Assembly (NCBI GenBank): GCA_023515725.1
Contig: JALDTO010000215.1
Location: 459,053-523,052, forward strand
Direction of reading: 5' to 3'
DNA length: 64,000 nucleotides
DNA from: Amoeboaphelidium protococcarum X5
Lineage: Eukaryota > Fungi > Aphelidiomycota
Position numbers and translations under genes: made by a program. The number at the start of each line of letters is the position of its first letter. Positions within the stretch are counted from its first letter, which is position 1. This document shows positions 15,112-30,434 of the stretch, one piece after another. Below the pieces are notes generated by a model. That model was given only the letters and a program-made list of their open reading frames with translations, made no database searches and was not told the DNA's origin.

Positions 15112-15795
15112 ATGCAAAACAACATTGGTTGTCACAGTTTGAACTCGTCGCCTTACGCCAGACGCAACGTTGGTGTTCAGTTTAGAATAAGGGCCTTATC
15201 TGATGCTGCGGCGCGTATTTTGCCAGAAGAAGAAATGTCCTCCATGGAATTCCAACTGCCTGCTGATGCTTTTCTACACACTGACTCTTATTAACAATAT
15301 CTACAACAACATTCTATAGACAATTCTCCACGTCAATCTCGTTCAATTAGTTCCTCTGTCAACTCATCCAACTCAAGTAAGACTCCTCGTGCATTGCGCG
15401 CGGCCAGCAAGATTGCCATTGCGCATCAGTAATAATAATAGAAGTCATCTATAATGTCATCAAGAATGAGTCTTCTCCACATCCCGACTGCGACATCCTC
15501 TAAATAAGCCTCTAGGAATTCCATAATCATTCGTACCATCGTCAGTAGTCAATAGGATCTGCCTTCAAAGACGCTGACTGCACGCGCTTAATTGCTTAAA
15601 TTGATCAGACAATATCGCCGAGACGAGATGCGCGCACGTCCTTATAACATTGATGATGAACAACATCACCATATTCTGTTTGAACTACCCTCATGCGGTC
15701 TATCTCCTCAAGTGTCAATGGGATATCTAGGAGTTCAAACACCAATGGACTCGTTGCTCGACTTTTCTAAAGACTAGTTGAGCATTGAACACTGA
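15112..15795 (+). CDS. Hypothetical protein; may extend to 15981
   Basis: Frame joins track ORFs 15088 and 15592 through TAA/TAG. First TGA is at 15793-15795. Confidence 0.5.
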
Positions 15796-15971
15796 GTACC
15801 ACCAATATGGGAAGTTGAAATGTTCGCACTCAAGTCTAACAAATGTGGCCGCTTGAAAAGACGCCTTATCATAAAATCAAATTTTACAAAGTAAGGACTA
15901 AAAAGTGACGAACAAAATGTACGAATATAGTTACAATCATACATGAAGTTTGTCTATTACTATTTACATTT

Positions 15972-17558
15972 TCATTAATGAGGCGCATACAAGAGGAGTT
16001 GTGGCACGCGAAGGATCGTCTCTTCCATGTACTATTCCAGTATACGATCATTAGTGTGTCTCTAGTAGGAGCAATTCTAATAATCTGTAGTCATGTTCAA
16101 TTTTGGAAAGAATTTATTAAATTAAGCGGCAGCAACAGCATCATTATCGATATACGTGTCAAGTGGAGGCTAGTCGTAGACGGAATAGTTATGCAATGGG
16201 CCATGGCTTCGTGATATAAAGTGTTCAAATCCACAGGAGACATCATTCAGAACCTCCATCATCTCGCCATCATCCTTCAACTACTGTTAGAGCAAAGAGC
16301 CACGAAAGAGCCCACTTTTCCACTAGCCCAATTCTGAATAGACTTCAATACGTTGAACCAGCATGCAACGCGGCGTCGAATTCAGAGTAACAGCAATGAT
16401 ATCATTGATACAGATGCAGTATCCGCGCATAAACACCATGTCCACAGACTGGCTACCCAAGTGAGGTGTAGTGGAGATACCACCATCCGCTGTCCAGGCG
16501 GAGATGAGAGAATGATATTAAATTAGAGCTGATCGATATTGGTCCAATAAGATACATTTCAGAGGAGATTTTGATTACACATTATTGAGTTCTAACACTT
16601 GCTGATAATCGGGACTTTCCCTGCTTAGAGGATTACCACCTTTCAGAATATTTACATCTACGATACAGGATGTAATGCCGAGTATAAGTGGGAGATGCAA
16701 CACCTCAACGCGCGATAACTACTTATTAAAGATTTTAACTATTTAACATGGCCATAGTGTAATCTACATATCTACTAGGAGCGTGAGGAGTGTATTGGAG
16801 AAGTGACAACATCGAACGTCAATCATATAAACTTCTCCACATCTATAATCTATACAAGACGAAGCAATATCAAAGTCACATTATAAACAATCACAGCAGA
16901 GAGGGGAGCATAGTTCATCGCAGCGATTTATAGAGAATAAGTTGAAGATGTGAGTTGCAAAGTCATATGACGACTCAAAACCTTAACCACTTGGATGGCC
17001 ATAAACTTTAAGAGATTTAGATAATTTAATAGTTAAAGCAAATGGGCCACTACTATCCAACGGTTTATCGATGCCAGTTTTACAAAGATACTTCCGGCGA
17101 TCTAATGCAAAGTAATACGGGCAAGGTAGCGGATACTCTACTACCCATTCTTCGACCAGCAAATATCCAGATGGTAAATCACGCAGTATCCGTTGGACAT
17201 TATCAGCATCTTTGCATTTAGAAGAACTATATTAATTTTACGTGTCATAGTCTTACTAAGGTCCCGACTAAAGTTCCTAAACCAGACGCGACAATTCGAT
17301 CAAATACTCAACATAACTCTTCTCATCTCTATCCAAAAGAACGTCAAATTTAATCTTTATTGGTACATAACTGCCAGCATTAATTGTTCCATTCTAAACA
17401 GACTATATCCACGGGCTATACTCCAGTTTCCATAACCGTTCGATAAACTGAGCGGTCATGAAGTTTCGCCTCACAAACTCTGCAATGTACAGCTCTTGCG
17501 GATGGTAACACACTCTCCCATCTGAGAATACAGGTGGATCTATAATTATTAGATCCAT
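15972..17558 (-). CDS. Clr2-like (cryptic loci regulator 2) transcriptional silencing protein
   Basis: 528-codon frame missed by the track. FSDG; LPSGYLLVE...KVYGHPSGQGFESSYDFATHI...CCDCLQC matches the Clr2 N-terminal zinc domain; then YRCGEVY..LWPCQIV and a BAH-like VFMRGYCICINDII. Confidence 0.65.
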
Positions 17559-17904
17559 TAATCAATCTATGTAAATATTTACAATTTTTATACAACGCGT
17601 CAAAATGAATAAGTAGAGTTGGAGATCCACAGTGTCTCCTCACTCTCTCACGTACGCTCTGTTATAGCCGACAACAAGTGGAGAATCGTAAAATGGAAAA
17701 CTCGGCAAAAGGAGTGAACAGAATGCAGTAAAAAAATTGCTTGGCCAATCTACCAGTTTTGACTTGAATTTTATTTATATATTAATCGATGCGTATTCTA
17801 TTAGATCCATGTGATAGAATTCAGTAAGGACTCAACCATTGATTGCGGCGAACCAATATTTGCTCCGTCGATCCCCGCTGACTGTTCACAACACGCTATT
17901 GTTA

Positions 17905-18970
17905 GTCTCCCCTGAAACTTCGCTGTAACAACCAGAAAAGATATGGTGACTAGATTTAAGCAGATTCACAATATTCATCATATAAAATATCTATTTCAAG
18001 TAGATTTAGCAAGCCGTTCATAGTCTGGCCTTGAAAAATAGTCGAATGCAGTTTTGGTGCATACGGAACATGAGCGAATGCAGTTTTTATGCATACGGAA
18101 CATGAGCGAATGCAGTTTTTATGCATACGAAATATCTCGGCAGCGAGAGGCTATTACAACGTCGCTTCAACTGTAGTTTATTCAGCTTAGTTAGAAAGTG
18201 AGACATACGGCTTTGTACCGCGTCAAACTTACCAGGGACTATATAATAGATGTGTGTTCTATCGGATCGCTGGTCTGTGACATCAACACGCGATGAGCAG
18301 TCTCACCTGAAACTTCGCTGTAACAACTAGAAAAGATATGGTGACTAGATTTAAGCAGATTCACAATATTCACCATATAAAATATCTATTTCAAGTAGAT
18401 TTAGCAAGCCGTTCATAGTCTGGCCTTGAAAAATAGTCGAATGCAGTTTTGGTGCATACGGAACATGAGCGAATGCAGTTTTTATGCATACGAAATATCT
18501 CGGCAGCGAGAGGCTATTACAACGTCGCTTCAACTGTAGTTTATTCAGCTTAGTTAGAAAGTGAGACATACGGCTTTGTACCGCGTCAAACTTACCAGGG
18601 ACTATATAATAGATGTGTGTTCTATCGGATCGCTGGTCTGTGACACCAACACGCGATGAGCAGTCTCACCTGAAACTTCGCTGTAACAACCAGAAAAGAT
18701 ATGGTGACTAGATTTAAGCAGATTCACAATATTCATCATATAAAATATCTATTTCAAGTAGATTTAGCAAGCCGTTCATAGTCTGGTCCTGAAAAATAGT
18801 CGAATGCAGTTTTGGTGCATACGGAACATGAGCGAATGCAGTTTTTATGCATACGAAATATCTTGTCAGAGGAAAGATATAAAGATGTCGCTTCAACTGT
18901 AGTTTATCCAGCATAGTCAATTTAGTGAGACTTGAGAGTTTCTACCGTGTCAAAGTTATCAGCGACTATA
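17905..18970. repeat. Tandem repeat, about 3 x 363-bp units
   Basis: Near-identical units start at 17911, 18306 and 18669. Unit 1 has an internal 32-bp duplication and unit 3 diverges distally. Confidence 0.92.
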
Positions 18971-19382
18971 AAAAAATTGATATGCGATCACCACTGTCAC
19001 TGGCTTAACAAGCCGCTACATGATCTGGATTGTCTCAACTAAATCTTTGATATTAAAATTTGTGATGGAGGCGATTTTAATTATATTTAGAAGAGTCAGT
19101 ATAGGCACATGTGTAAAATGAAGAAAAAGAAGGCAGAGAGAGCTCCGCATCTCTCCCATAGTTCAATTTATAACCAACAAGGGAGCAATGCTAAGTGAAA
19201 CCCATAAATCGAGTCATACAACTGAAATCACCACACGCAGTACCTAGTTAAAATCACGATATAAAGAGAAAATACTTGAAGACTGTTTAGTAATTTCTCA
19301 TAGTATTAAGATTCATTTATTCAATTCTTTGGCAATATACTCAGTATTACCATAGCATGACAATATCAAATCCCACCGTAAC

Positions 19383-21541
19383 TCAAATAATTTTCTCCAA
19401 CAGACATGGAACAGCGCGTGCCTTGTAATGATTAACCAATTTCAGAACCTTCTCTGCCACCACTTCTGGCACCAGACCAACCTACTTGTAGATCTACTGG
19501 TACGGAGCAGATGCACCAAACTGATGCAAGCCAACCTGGGCATGAGAATAACGTTCCCAGCCCATGGTGGAGTACGCCTCGACACTCAGCACTGGAACAT
19601 TGACGGGGAACACAGACTTCTTATGAGCTAGATTCTGCAATTCGAACGCCTCCCAGCACGGCATGGAGATGACACGTACGTTCAGATTGTGCTTTTCAGT
19701 CAAAAGCTGTGCAGTCTCCATACAAAGACTCACCTCGGAACCGGTACCTACAATGGCAACATCAACCTTCCCTCCGGCAGCATCGCTACCCTTAGTATCC
19801 TTCAAAACGTATGCGCCGTGCAGCACTCCGTCAACACTGGTTCCCTCCAGTTGAGGCAAGTTTTGTCTAGATAGACACAACACAGTCGGGCCGTCATGGT
19901 GAGTCTCCAGAGCGGCAACATACGCACCATTGGTCTCATTGCCATCACAAGGACGGATAGACCACGCGTTAGGGGTGGCACGCAGCAGCGGAAGAATCTC
20001 TATAGGCTAATGAGTAGGACCATCTTCACCCAGACCAATACTATCATGAGTCATGATATACAGTACTCTAAAGTGCGATAATGCACTCAGACGAAAAGCA
20101 CCCTGAGCATAGCCAATAAAGTTCAAAAATGTTGCTCCAAATGGAATCAGACCACCATACGCAGCAATACCATTCAGCATTGCAGCCATACCATGTTCTC
20201 TGACACCAAAGCGCAGATACCGCCCACCGAATGTGCCCAACTTACTTCCATCCTTCTAGAATTCCTGAGCAGACTTCCACTTGGTCAGATTGGAGTGAGT
20301 CAAGTCAGCACTACCACCAATCAATTCAGGCAAGAGATCTCCGATAGCATTTAGAACATTCTCCGAAGTCTTACGCGTGGCTATTGCTCCACTCTTGGCA
20401 TCATACTTTGGCAGATTATCTTTCCATCCATCAGGTAACTTACCGGCAACTCTTCTCTCAAACTCTGCTGCCAGATCTTTGTGCTCACCCTTGAACTTGT
20501 CAAACAGCTTATTCCATTCACTTTCCAACTACTATCCACGCTCGGTGTAAGATTGCATAAACTTTTGCACATCCTCAGGCACAGTGAAATTTTGAGATGG
20601 ATCAAAACCAAAAGCCTTTTTCACACTCTGCAGATCATCTTCTTTCAGAGGAGCACCATGTACTTTCTCAGTTCCTTGCAACTTGCTACCAAATCCAATC
20701 GTGGTCTTAATACGAATAATGGATGGCTTATCATGAACACCTTTAGCAGTCTCGATTGCACTGTAAATACCAGCTAGATCCTTATCACCATCCTCGACAT
20801 ACAAAGTGTGCCATCCATAAGACTCAAATCTTTGTAGAACATCCTCGGTGAACGCCAAGTCAGTAGAGCCATCAATCTAAATGTGATTATCATCGTACAA
20901 GACAATCAATCGCCCCAAGCCCAAATGTCCGGCCAGAGCACACGCTTCACTAGCTACACCTTCTTGCAAGCAGCCGTCTCCGACAATGCAGTAGATGTAG
21001 TTATCCACCAACTTCTCATAACCCGGTCTACTAAAGTGAGCATTTAAGTGATGGGAGGCCACAGCCATTCCAACGGCATTGGCAATTCCCTGACCAAGCG
21101 GCCCGGTGGTGACCTCGATACCATCAGTATGATGAACTTCAGGATGCCCAGGAGTCTTACTATCCAGCTGTCTAAACTATTTAATGTCATCCAAAGACAG
21201 GTTGTAGCCATACAGATGCAGCAGCGAGTATTGCAGAGCACAAGCGTGACCATTACTCAACACAAATCTATCGCGATTGAACCAATGCGAGTTCTTTGGG
21301 TTGAACTTCATGAAGCGCGAGTAGAGAACATGAGCAAGAGGTGCAAGTCCCATAGGCTACATAAAATGAAGAAAAAGGAGGATATGATAATGATTACGTT
21401 GTCTGACTATCTAAACAGTTAAAATCTTACCGCTCCCGGGTGACCAGAGTTGGCCTTGAACACCATGTCTGCAGACAGAGTACGCACGGTGTTAATAACT
21501 TTTTCGTCAATCTTGTCAAATTTTGGACCTTCCACTGCCAT
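19383..21541 (-). CDS. TKL1: Transketolase, 1 intron (21357-21430)
   Basis: [49 protein letters not shown] (this Q is TAG). Confidence 0.97.
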
Positions 21542-21755
21542 ATTTATTGCTCCGTTAAAAGTTTAAAAGTGTATAATTAAGTCGACTATTTTTACACTAA
21601 AAGTAGAGCTTTGATCAAGAGAGAAGATGCCGCGCTCTGAATCAGATCAACGGCGATGGGAGCGACAACGCGCTTAGAGAATCTGAAGGCGCGCCACAGT
21701 TCGCAGGTCGAAACACTAATTGTGATCATAATCTAGGTGTAAAATATTCAAACGT

Positions 21756-23120
<1,365 letters not shown>

Positions 23121-23445
23121 GTCTTTTCAAAATCAGTAGCCTAAGAGTAATCCAGTTTAATTTAATAAATACACACTTCCTTCATGGTAGAAAGTATAAT
23201 CTATTTTCTGCATTGTTACTTGAGTTCAAATGCTGATGGTCGCGAAGGAGATCAAGTCAATGCTGAAACGAAGTTGAAACATCTCAATCATTTCCTTTTT
23301 AGGTACTGAAGTTTGGAGGAGGAGCAATGAAACGAGTAAATATTCAGCCTCGTCCGCCTAGTAAGATGTTTCATCCCAGATTAGAAAGTTCATTTCTAGT
23401 CTACATTAAATTTCTTAGGGAAGTAGTATTACCTGCTTACTAACA

Positions 23446-24772
23446 ATGAACGCTTGTGAGACTGAGTAGTTATTTCTGAAGCTGTAAAGATGGTTGACGC
23501 GCTTGAGAGAATCTACTGATCCAATGACTGCTTTCAATCTGCATGATGACCAAGTTTCAAGAACTCTGGGTCAGAAAATGTTTACTATGATCTCCAATCT
23601 GTACTACGCAATTCAACATGAATGGATTGATGAACACAGCCAAGATGATTTACGTTCCCAAGGCAATGCTATGGATGTCAAGTTGATGTATCTTTTGCCG
23701 CAATTGCCTATCGGAGCGTAAGGCGGACTCAGTCAGAAGTTGACCATGATTACGGAATCGGGATCCGAGATGAAAGTTTGCAACGTCTGTAATGCAATAA
23801 TTTGGAACAGATGTTGGAAGCTTAAGGGTAATGCTGACGCGTATTATTGCTCAGAGTGTCTGCTCAACTGTGAAGATCTGATAGCTGATCCTTGCAAGAT
23901 CTTGTTTCAACGCTATCGGATGAGCGACGTGATTGAAGTTTACGATGATGCCGTGAAGTGGTTTAAATTTCTTTTTGCCAAGTCTTTTGATGAATTAAAG
24001 CTGGAAGAATGCGCGCTGAACTTGAGGTATTCTAGTTTTAATATCAGTTTGAAGACACGTCAATCATTGTACCTGAGTTTGTAGGGATGGAAAGCCAAAG
24101 ACAAGATCGTTGCTCACTGTAAGTTATTGGCTGCATTGGCGTGTCATCATGAAGGTTCCCGGATTTAGCTGCCATCGTTGTCGTCAGCGAAAACCGGCCC
24201 AGGTGCTTGTAGCTTGTACTAATTCTTGCCATCAGAGCAGTGAACGTGGTGCTGCTAGAGCTGGATATTACATGTGTGTAAAATGTCTTTACTCAAAGTT
24301 TGATTTGGATTTCATTGAAGCACTAAGAGATTATGCTTACGAATGCGCTGTATGTTTGAGTACTTGCAGTTGCAGTAATTGCCTGTAATAGTTGAAGAGT
24401 TCATCGAGCAATTTCGATGATTGCGGAGATGTTCGTGATGCTAATAAGAAGAGACATCGTTCGAATACTGAGACAGCGGTAAGAGTACAGAAGAAAAAGC
24501 CTCTGCTGCCAGCTGTATCTGAATCCAGTGAAAGATCAGGTGTCAAGTCGTCTATGCCGCAACCTCGGAAGCCAGCCAATTTGTAAAAGTTGTGGGTCAG
24601 ATTCTCTATTAATTCACATCAAGAGAAGCAGGTTGATGCTATTGACTAGTCTCTTCAGGGTGCTGATATTAACAGCGATACTTCTGAAAGTTTAAAAATG
24701 CAGAATCAGATATTGCAAAGTGAGAATCACCTGCTACGTTAGCTATTGTTGGATGTTCACAATGGTCAATGA
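23446..24772 (+). CDS. Zinc-finger protein with a CxxC..CxxC domain and a zf-4CXXC_R1 (CDCA7-type) domain; intron 24027-24084; 5' end uncertain
   Basis: CNVC..IWNRCW..YYCSEC..QRYRMSDVIEVYD; then SCHRCRQRK..CTNSC..CVKCL..CAVCLSTCSCSNC; short coiled coil at the C-terminus. Confidence 0.72.
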
Positions 24773-24869
24773 TATCGCCAACAATATAAGCTATCAAATA
24801 TAAAACACGTCAAGTATTCAGAAAATACAATAGTGAGAGCCGAGTAAAATGAATTCACACTATGTATAA

Positions 24870-27080
24870 TCATACTTTCATTCTCCGAGAACCATACTCA
24901 GCAGTCTTTACCACGCCTAAAAATACTACAGATATAACAACGACAATACAGAGAATATCAAGGTGTTAACCAAATAGAAAGAAATCACCAGTTTCACTGT
25001 CAACAGCATAACTGTCCTGACGGCGGCCAATATCATACCAGACATCAGCTTTGTCAACAATAATCTTGCAATCTGACTTGTGATCTTTAGACACCATAAA
25101 GCCCATGTATGTCTCCTGCATCGCGGCTGGAGCAATTTTACTAACCACTGAGTGATGGTGCTGATTCTAAAAGTCACCAAGCAGAGATGGCGCGTATTGA
25201 GGATAGATACGAGTAGATAGCGACACTCTGTCATTAACAAATATCTCCAGAGCTGAGTTGTCGACAAATATTCTCACATCAAAAGTACTGTTGTCGCGAT
25301 GACTGTATGGAATCGTGGCATTCAAACCAAAGTTGTCGGCAGTAACGATTCGACTGGACCTCCATCTTGACACGTGCAACACCCTCTGCACAGGCTCAAT
25401 GTAAACTATAGTATAGTCGCCCCATGGATGCTACTCCTCGGGCGCTCTACCAGGATCGAAATGCATCAACTGCGGTCCAAAAGGCTTCGAGTGATGGATG
25501 ACAAACCCAATCTTCATAGTATCATTCTTCACTAGATCGCCTTGAACAATGAGACGAGCACGCATCTCCATAAACTTGGACGATCTAACACCTTCCAGAG
25601 GATAATACCATATGCCAACATTACGGCCATCACCAGGCTCTCCCGTGTGATCAGGTGGAAGTAAAGGAGGAGGAACATGAGGTGCCTGCACTAAGCCACT
25701 GCTATGATGATTATTCGACTTTTTACCACCAATTAGAAGCAGATCGTCTACGCGGACGTGAGAACTAGACTTTCTAAACTATTTTACTTCTTTCACCGGC
25801 TGAACAGCAACGTCAGGCATACCATCAGTGTTTTCAATCAAGGTCACTTTACGTGGTAATCCAAACAGACCAGATGTCCCTTCTTTGAGCATATCTGACG
25901 GTTCCCAATCTTCATTAATCCATCCCAGGACAACGTTATCTGAAGTGAGAGGTACATTTCTCACAGAGTTGACAGCATACAACATTCCATGATCGAGCAA
26001 GCCCGCTGAGATTGGTACGAATTCCAATGAGACACCACCAGAGTCACCAAGTATAAAATCAGAAGACTATTCCGTGTCTGCGGCAACTCTCAATGTCCCG
26101 ACGAGGTATGTCTACTGATGATGGCCCCTCAGATGGTAAGCAAAACCTTCAGTTCCCATAGATAGCAAATACAACTACTCACCATCTTTCCACTTGCCAA
26201 GAGGGAGAAGATTAGGAACTTCCCAGTTGAACCCAAACGAAAATTTGTCATAACCAAATGGTCGTAATCCATCATCCAGTCCATAGTTATCATGACGTCG
26301 AGTGTACACTGGATGTTTAAACACTGTCCAAGTGGCCAAGTCATAAGAATAGTACATGATAACAGCACCACCATGGCCTCGGATACCTGATCCTATGAGC
26401 ATATAATAGCGCTCCTTCTTTTCGTTCAATTAACCATTCAGCATAGTATCAATATGATCATCCTGAAATATAAAAGGATCTCGCCAACCAGTAACATTAA
26501 TAGCTGGTGGAGGTTGTCCCATAATAGGATTCCCTTCATACTTATTCCACGTATAGCCACCATCGGTTGACCAGACAAGATTCTGAGTCTCAGTGCCCGG
26601 TACGTAAGGCAGCGGCCAACTAAGAGGAAACTAAGTCACCCCAGTGTAATAAGCAACCTTAAATTAATCCAACTACTACTATTATTACTATGGATCTTAC
26701 ATGGCGGACACATTGCCCATAATTTGACGTGCCAAATCCATCGGAACATTTAACGCGACGCCACTTCCAGTGAAAATGCTCTCCTTGTCATATGTAGCAG
26801 AAGGAGAGAGTACGACGCCCTGATCTGCGAAAGGCCCAATTAAACTGTCTGCAGTGGCATGTCGCCATAACAGAGGCTCTTTCCATGAAGGATAATCTGA
26901 ATACTAATAGTAGATGTGATACTTGCCAGTATTATTATCATAATGAGGCGCACAAGGATCATTCAACCAGTTGGAAGGAGCCTAGAAATGATACCGCGAA
27001 TTAAACTGTCTAGCATCAACCACAAAGACATGGAGCAGTAATACAGCCACAAAATTCTACTGAGCTAATAAATTCATCAT
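24870..27080 (-). CDS. GH32 beta-fructofuranosidase/invertase with signal peptide and C-terminal TM helix
   Basis: YHFQAPSNWLNDPC, FTGSG, GWRDPF, NWEVPN, IFVDNSALEIFVNDR.STRIYP. Hydrophobic N-terminus and ILCIVVVISVVFLGVV near the C-terminus. Confidence 0.9.
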
Positions 27081-27543
27081 TGTCCTGTAATAAAGTATCA
27101 TCAAAATAGACTTTTAACTCTCAATCAACAACCAGTAACACAATGATGATGGTGATCAAATCGCAAATGATGAACGTCACAGCAATGAAAAGCTAAAGCC
27201 AAAAAGTAAAAGTTATTCACACGCCTAGGCTTTTGCTCTTTTAAACGAAAATTCTCAGCGGCGCTCTCTCTTTCTTGGCTGCAGCTCTTTATAGAGAGGG
27301 GCTTTGTGTATGTGTGTGCGTCTGTGGGAAAAAGAAGAAAGCTTCGAGTCCCGGAGAGCCTTCTACGACGATCGGTCTCAAATCTTTAAAGATTGAAAGC
27401 GGTGATTCAATCATCAGGGGTACGCTAGATTACAACATGTACACTCCTCACACAGCGGCTGTCAATGTATACACTAAACTAATCTGTCTGTTAATATTTT
27501 TAAAATGGTCATACCTATTAAATGCATTTTATATAAATAATAA

Positions 27544-29967
27544 TCACGCTTCTAATACCTTGGTGAAGTTGACATAGTCTGAGAATATCTACATGTCTTC
27601 CTTGCTGACCGGTTTCAGTTCCATTTTGACATACTATGCATAGTAGTCATAGTTGTATTGTTACAGATTGTCATCAGACTCGAATTTGTCGCCTTTGAAT
27701 TGATCCACATAACGTTGGTATTCGTCAATTTCCTTCTCAGATAGATCCTTTAATTTAAAATCATTCTTGACGTCAATGAATTCACTCCAGTCAGAGGACT
27801 TATTATATTTGCCATTTTAACTGCTGTAGTTGTTCATGGACTCACTGGTATTCAACTCAGTACCACCGGATAACATCAAAGGTGAAGACTTTTTACGGCT
27901 GAGAACGGTGACTGGAGACTATAACACTACATCTTGTTACATTCTACCTTCAGCACTTGCCCGTTCCAGCAACTTGTACTCTATACAATCTTGCAAAGAC
28001 ACTAGGAGACTCTCTGAAGAAATCGACGAGCTAACTGTCGAATCTTTCTCGGTATGCTCTTCACTTTCTTGACTATTATTACTCTCAGACAGACGGGGAA
28101 GCTCTTGAAAGCTTTTTATTAAAGATTCCACAGAAGTTGAATCAACATGAACATAATTAGAGTTCTGGCTATCATAGCCAATAAACAAATTGATAGCTTC
28201 CTGCTTTTCCGCATCAGTGAAAGAGTTACTGTAGTATCGTTTGATAGTCTCCAGCATATCTCTACTCGAGTACAAGTATGACTATAGACGCTAGTTGAAG
28301 ACATTTCCCATTCCACCATACTCCATTTCATCATCTTCCTGGGTATTCCCATCACTGGCTGAACTAGCGCGAGAGCGAGCAGCAGCGTTCTTCCGCCTGT
28401 ACGTCTCCATAGTGTTCACCAAGGCAGAGCCGCCATACTACAGCGCTATCACATTGCCCATATCATTGCACATTCTCATCAGCAACTTGACAGAGTCATT
28501 ATCAAAAGTGAGATATGACTTGCTTGATAGTTTCATGCTGTTAAGCTGCCGACAAAGTGCCAACTTCCCGATTATGAATTGAGCAGCGTTCGTCCTATCG
28601 AGACAGTCAATGCAATTGGTACGTATGATGCCTCGCTATACTTGCAGAATTTCACCAGAGCATTTCTTGATACAGAATAGACCAGTTTATTGCACAGAAT
28701 CTGCTGTAATTCTCTCCAAGATGCTAATAACATCATTCTTATTGGTTTTATTCAGTAGAAATGTACCTTCATCGGAGGATCTGCTTTTGGCTCTCTACTA
28801 CTACGCGGTCTACCAATTCTACTTGCTCTATTTACTCGCTTTGGCCATATCAAAAGCAATATAATTTATCCTTTCTCCACTAGGCAGGAATTAATTCACA
28901 AAAGAGATGGCAGCATTAAATGCTCCCAGTAAAATAGTCTCCCGACGCAGATCATTATGCTTGACCAGATTGAGCACAGTAATATCACTTGCACCATAAT
29001 ATGATCTCAATTAACTAAAATGCTTAAGCGTACTTCTATAATACGGATCCACAAAGTGTATAGATATCGGAGGCTTTGGAACAAGGTTATTAACCTCCTG
29101 CTGCCAGTGCACCGGTATGGACCCTCTTATCTAGACATGGCTCGATAAATAAAATTAATCTTGAAGAATCTGCTCAGTCTCAACTTCATTAGCCACATTT
29201 CCACTATCGTCAATACCGCGGCGCATGTACCGAACTCCAGCGTAATGTCTCGATCTACGTGCAATAAGAGTAATATTCAGAGACTAATTGACATTGGCAG
29301 ATTCTACAAATCCATGTATTATGGGCAAGACCCAGCAATTTCCATACTTTATCTAATCTAAAGAGAATCCGTTAGAGCAGAGATAATAGTTCCACATGTA
29401 TTTATCACGTATTTGTTTAGGGCGGTCAGCAGTAAGTAGATTCTGAAAAGTATGAGTCAAGTCACAAGTGTATGAAAAGTAGCAATGCTTGGTAAGATCT
29501 ACAGATGACAGTAGATCAATTTTACGCAGCTCATCATCTGATCTCTTCAACTGCTACAATTCTTAAGACAGCTGTGCATTTGTACTAAAGTTGACATTTG
29601 TCACCGGAATTAATCTGACCTGTTCAATCTAATACACATAGTGTCCATTAATACAAGCTATTTCTGAAGCCTTGGATATGATGTAGAGATATAGCAAGTT
29701 GAACTTTACAAATCCAACCAAACCGTAACATCCCCGCAGAACAGATTTCAGTCCACCTTGACTCTTGTTACCATCATCAATCATCTGGAGGAGGGAGTCA
29801 ATTTCCACTCTAGAATACTCTGTATTATCCACAGTCACCACATGTTGGTCCACAGAACTGCGATCAATCTTCAATATTCTGTAGCAGTCTGATCTTTTAT
29901 ACAACTACCCAGTGATGTACATATGCTACTTGGTCTAATACAAATCCAGACACGTCAATGTGTTCAT
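27544..29967 (-). CDS. FIG4: SAC-domain PI(3,5)P2 5-phosphatase
   Basis: [43 protein letters not shown], catalytic [33 protein letters not shown]. Confidence 0.92.
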
Positions 29968-30434
29968 TGTTCTCTTGATATGAAACACTAATTATTACTT
30001 TAATACGATTCCGATTTTTAAAGAATAACTGAAAAAAGCACTTGAATATACACTTGTACTACCTATATTCAGTGCAGATCAATTACAGTACAGAGACTAC
30101 CGAAACAATGAAGGAATAAAAAGATCTCAATGAATTGTCACTCAGCCAAAACACTGATCGTTTCAAAAAGGAACGATTAAAATAAGTGTTTCACAACGAT
30201 TCTCTTAAAAGAACACGTTCATTCATTCACTCACCAACCAATTGTCAAACAGTTCTGTAAGTGTTTTATTATGTAGAGCGGAATTAACGGGCAAACGGAC
30301 CACAAGGATAGAGCAATGAAACGTATGTACGCGTTGAAGCTTTTTACGCGTTATATCCTATAGAAATTACGATGAAGGTAAAGACGATTTAAACTAGTAT
30401 TTAATATTATACACTACAGTGGTATGATCTGGCA

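Noticed and set aside
17905-18970. CRISPR-like array (32-bp internal repeat)
   Set aside because: No unique spacers, no cas genes, and a eukaryotic context; it is a simple tandem duplication.
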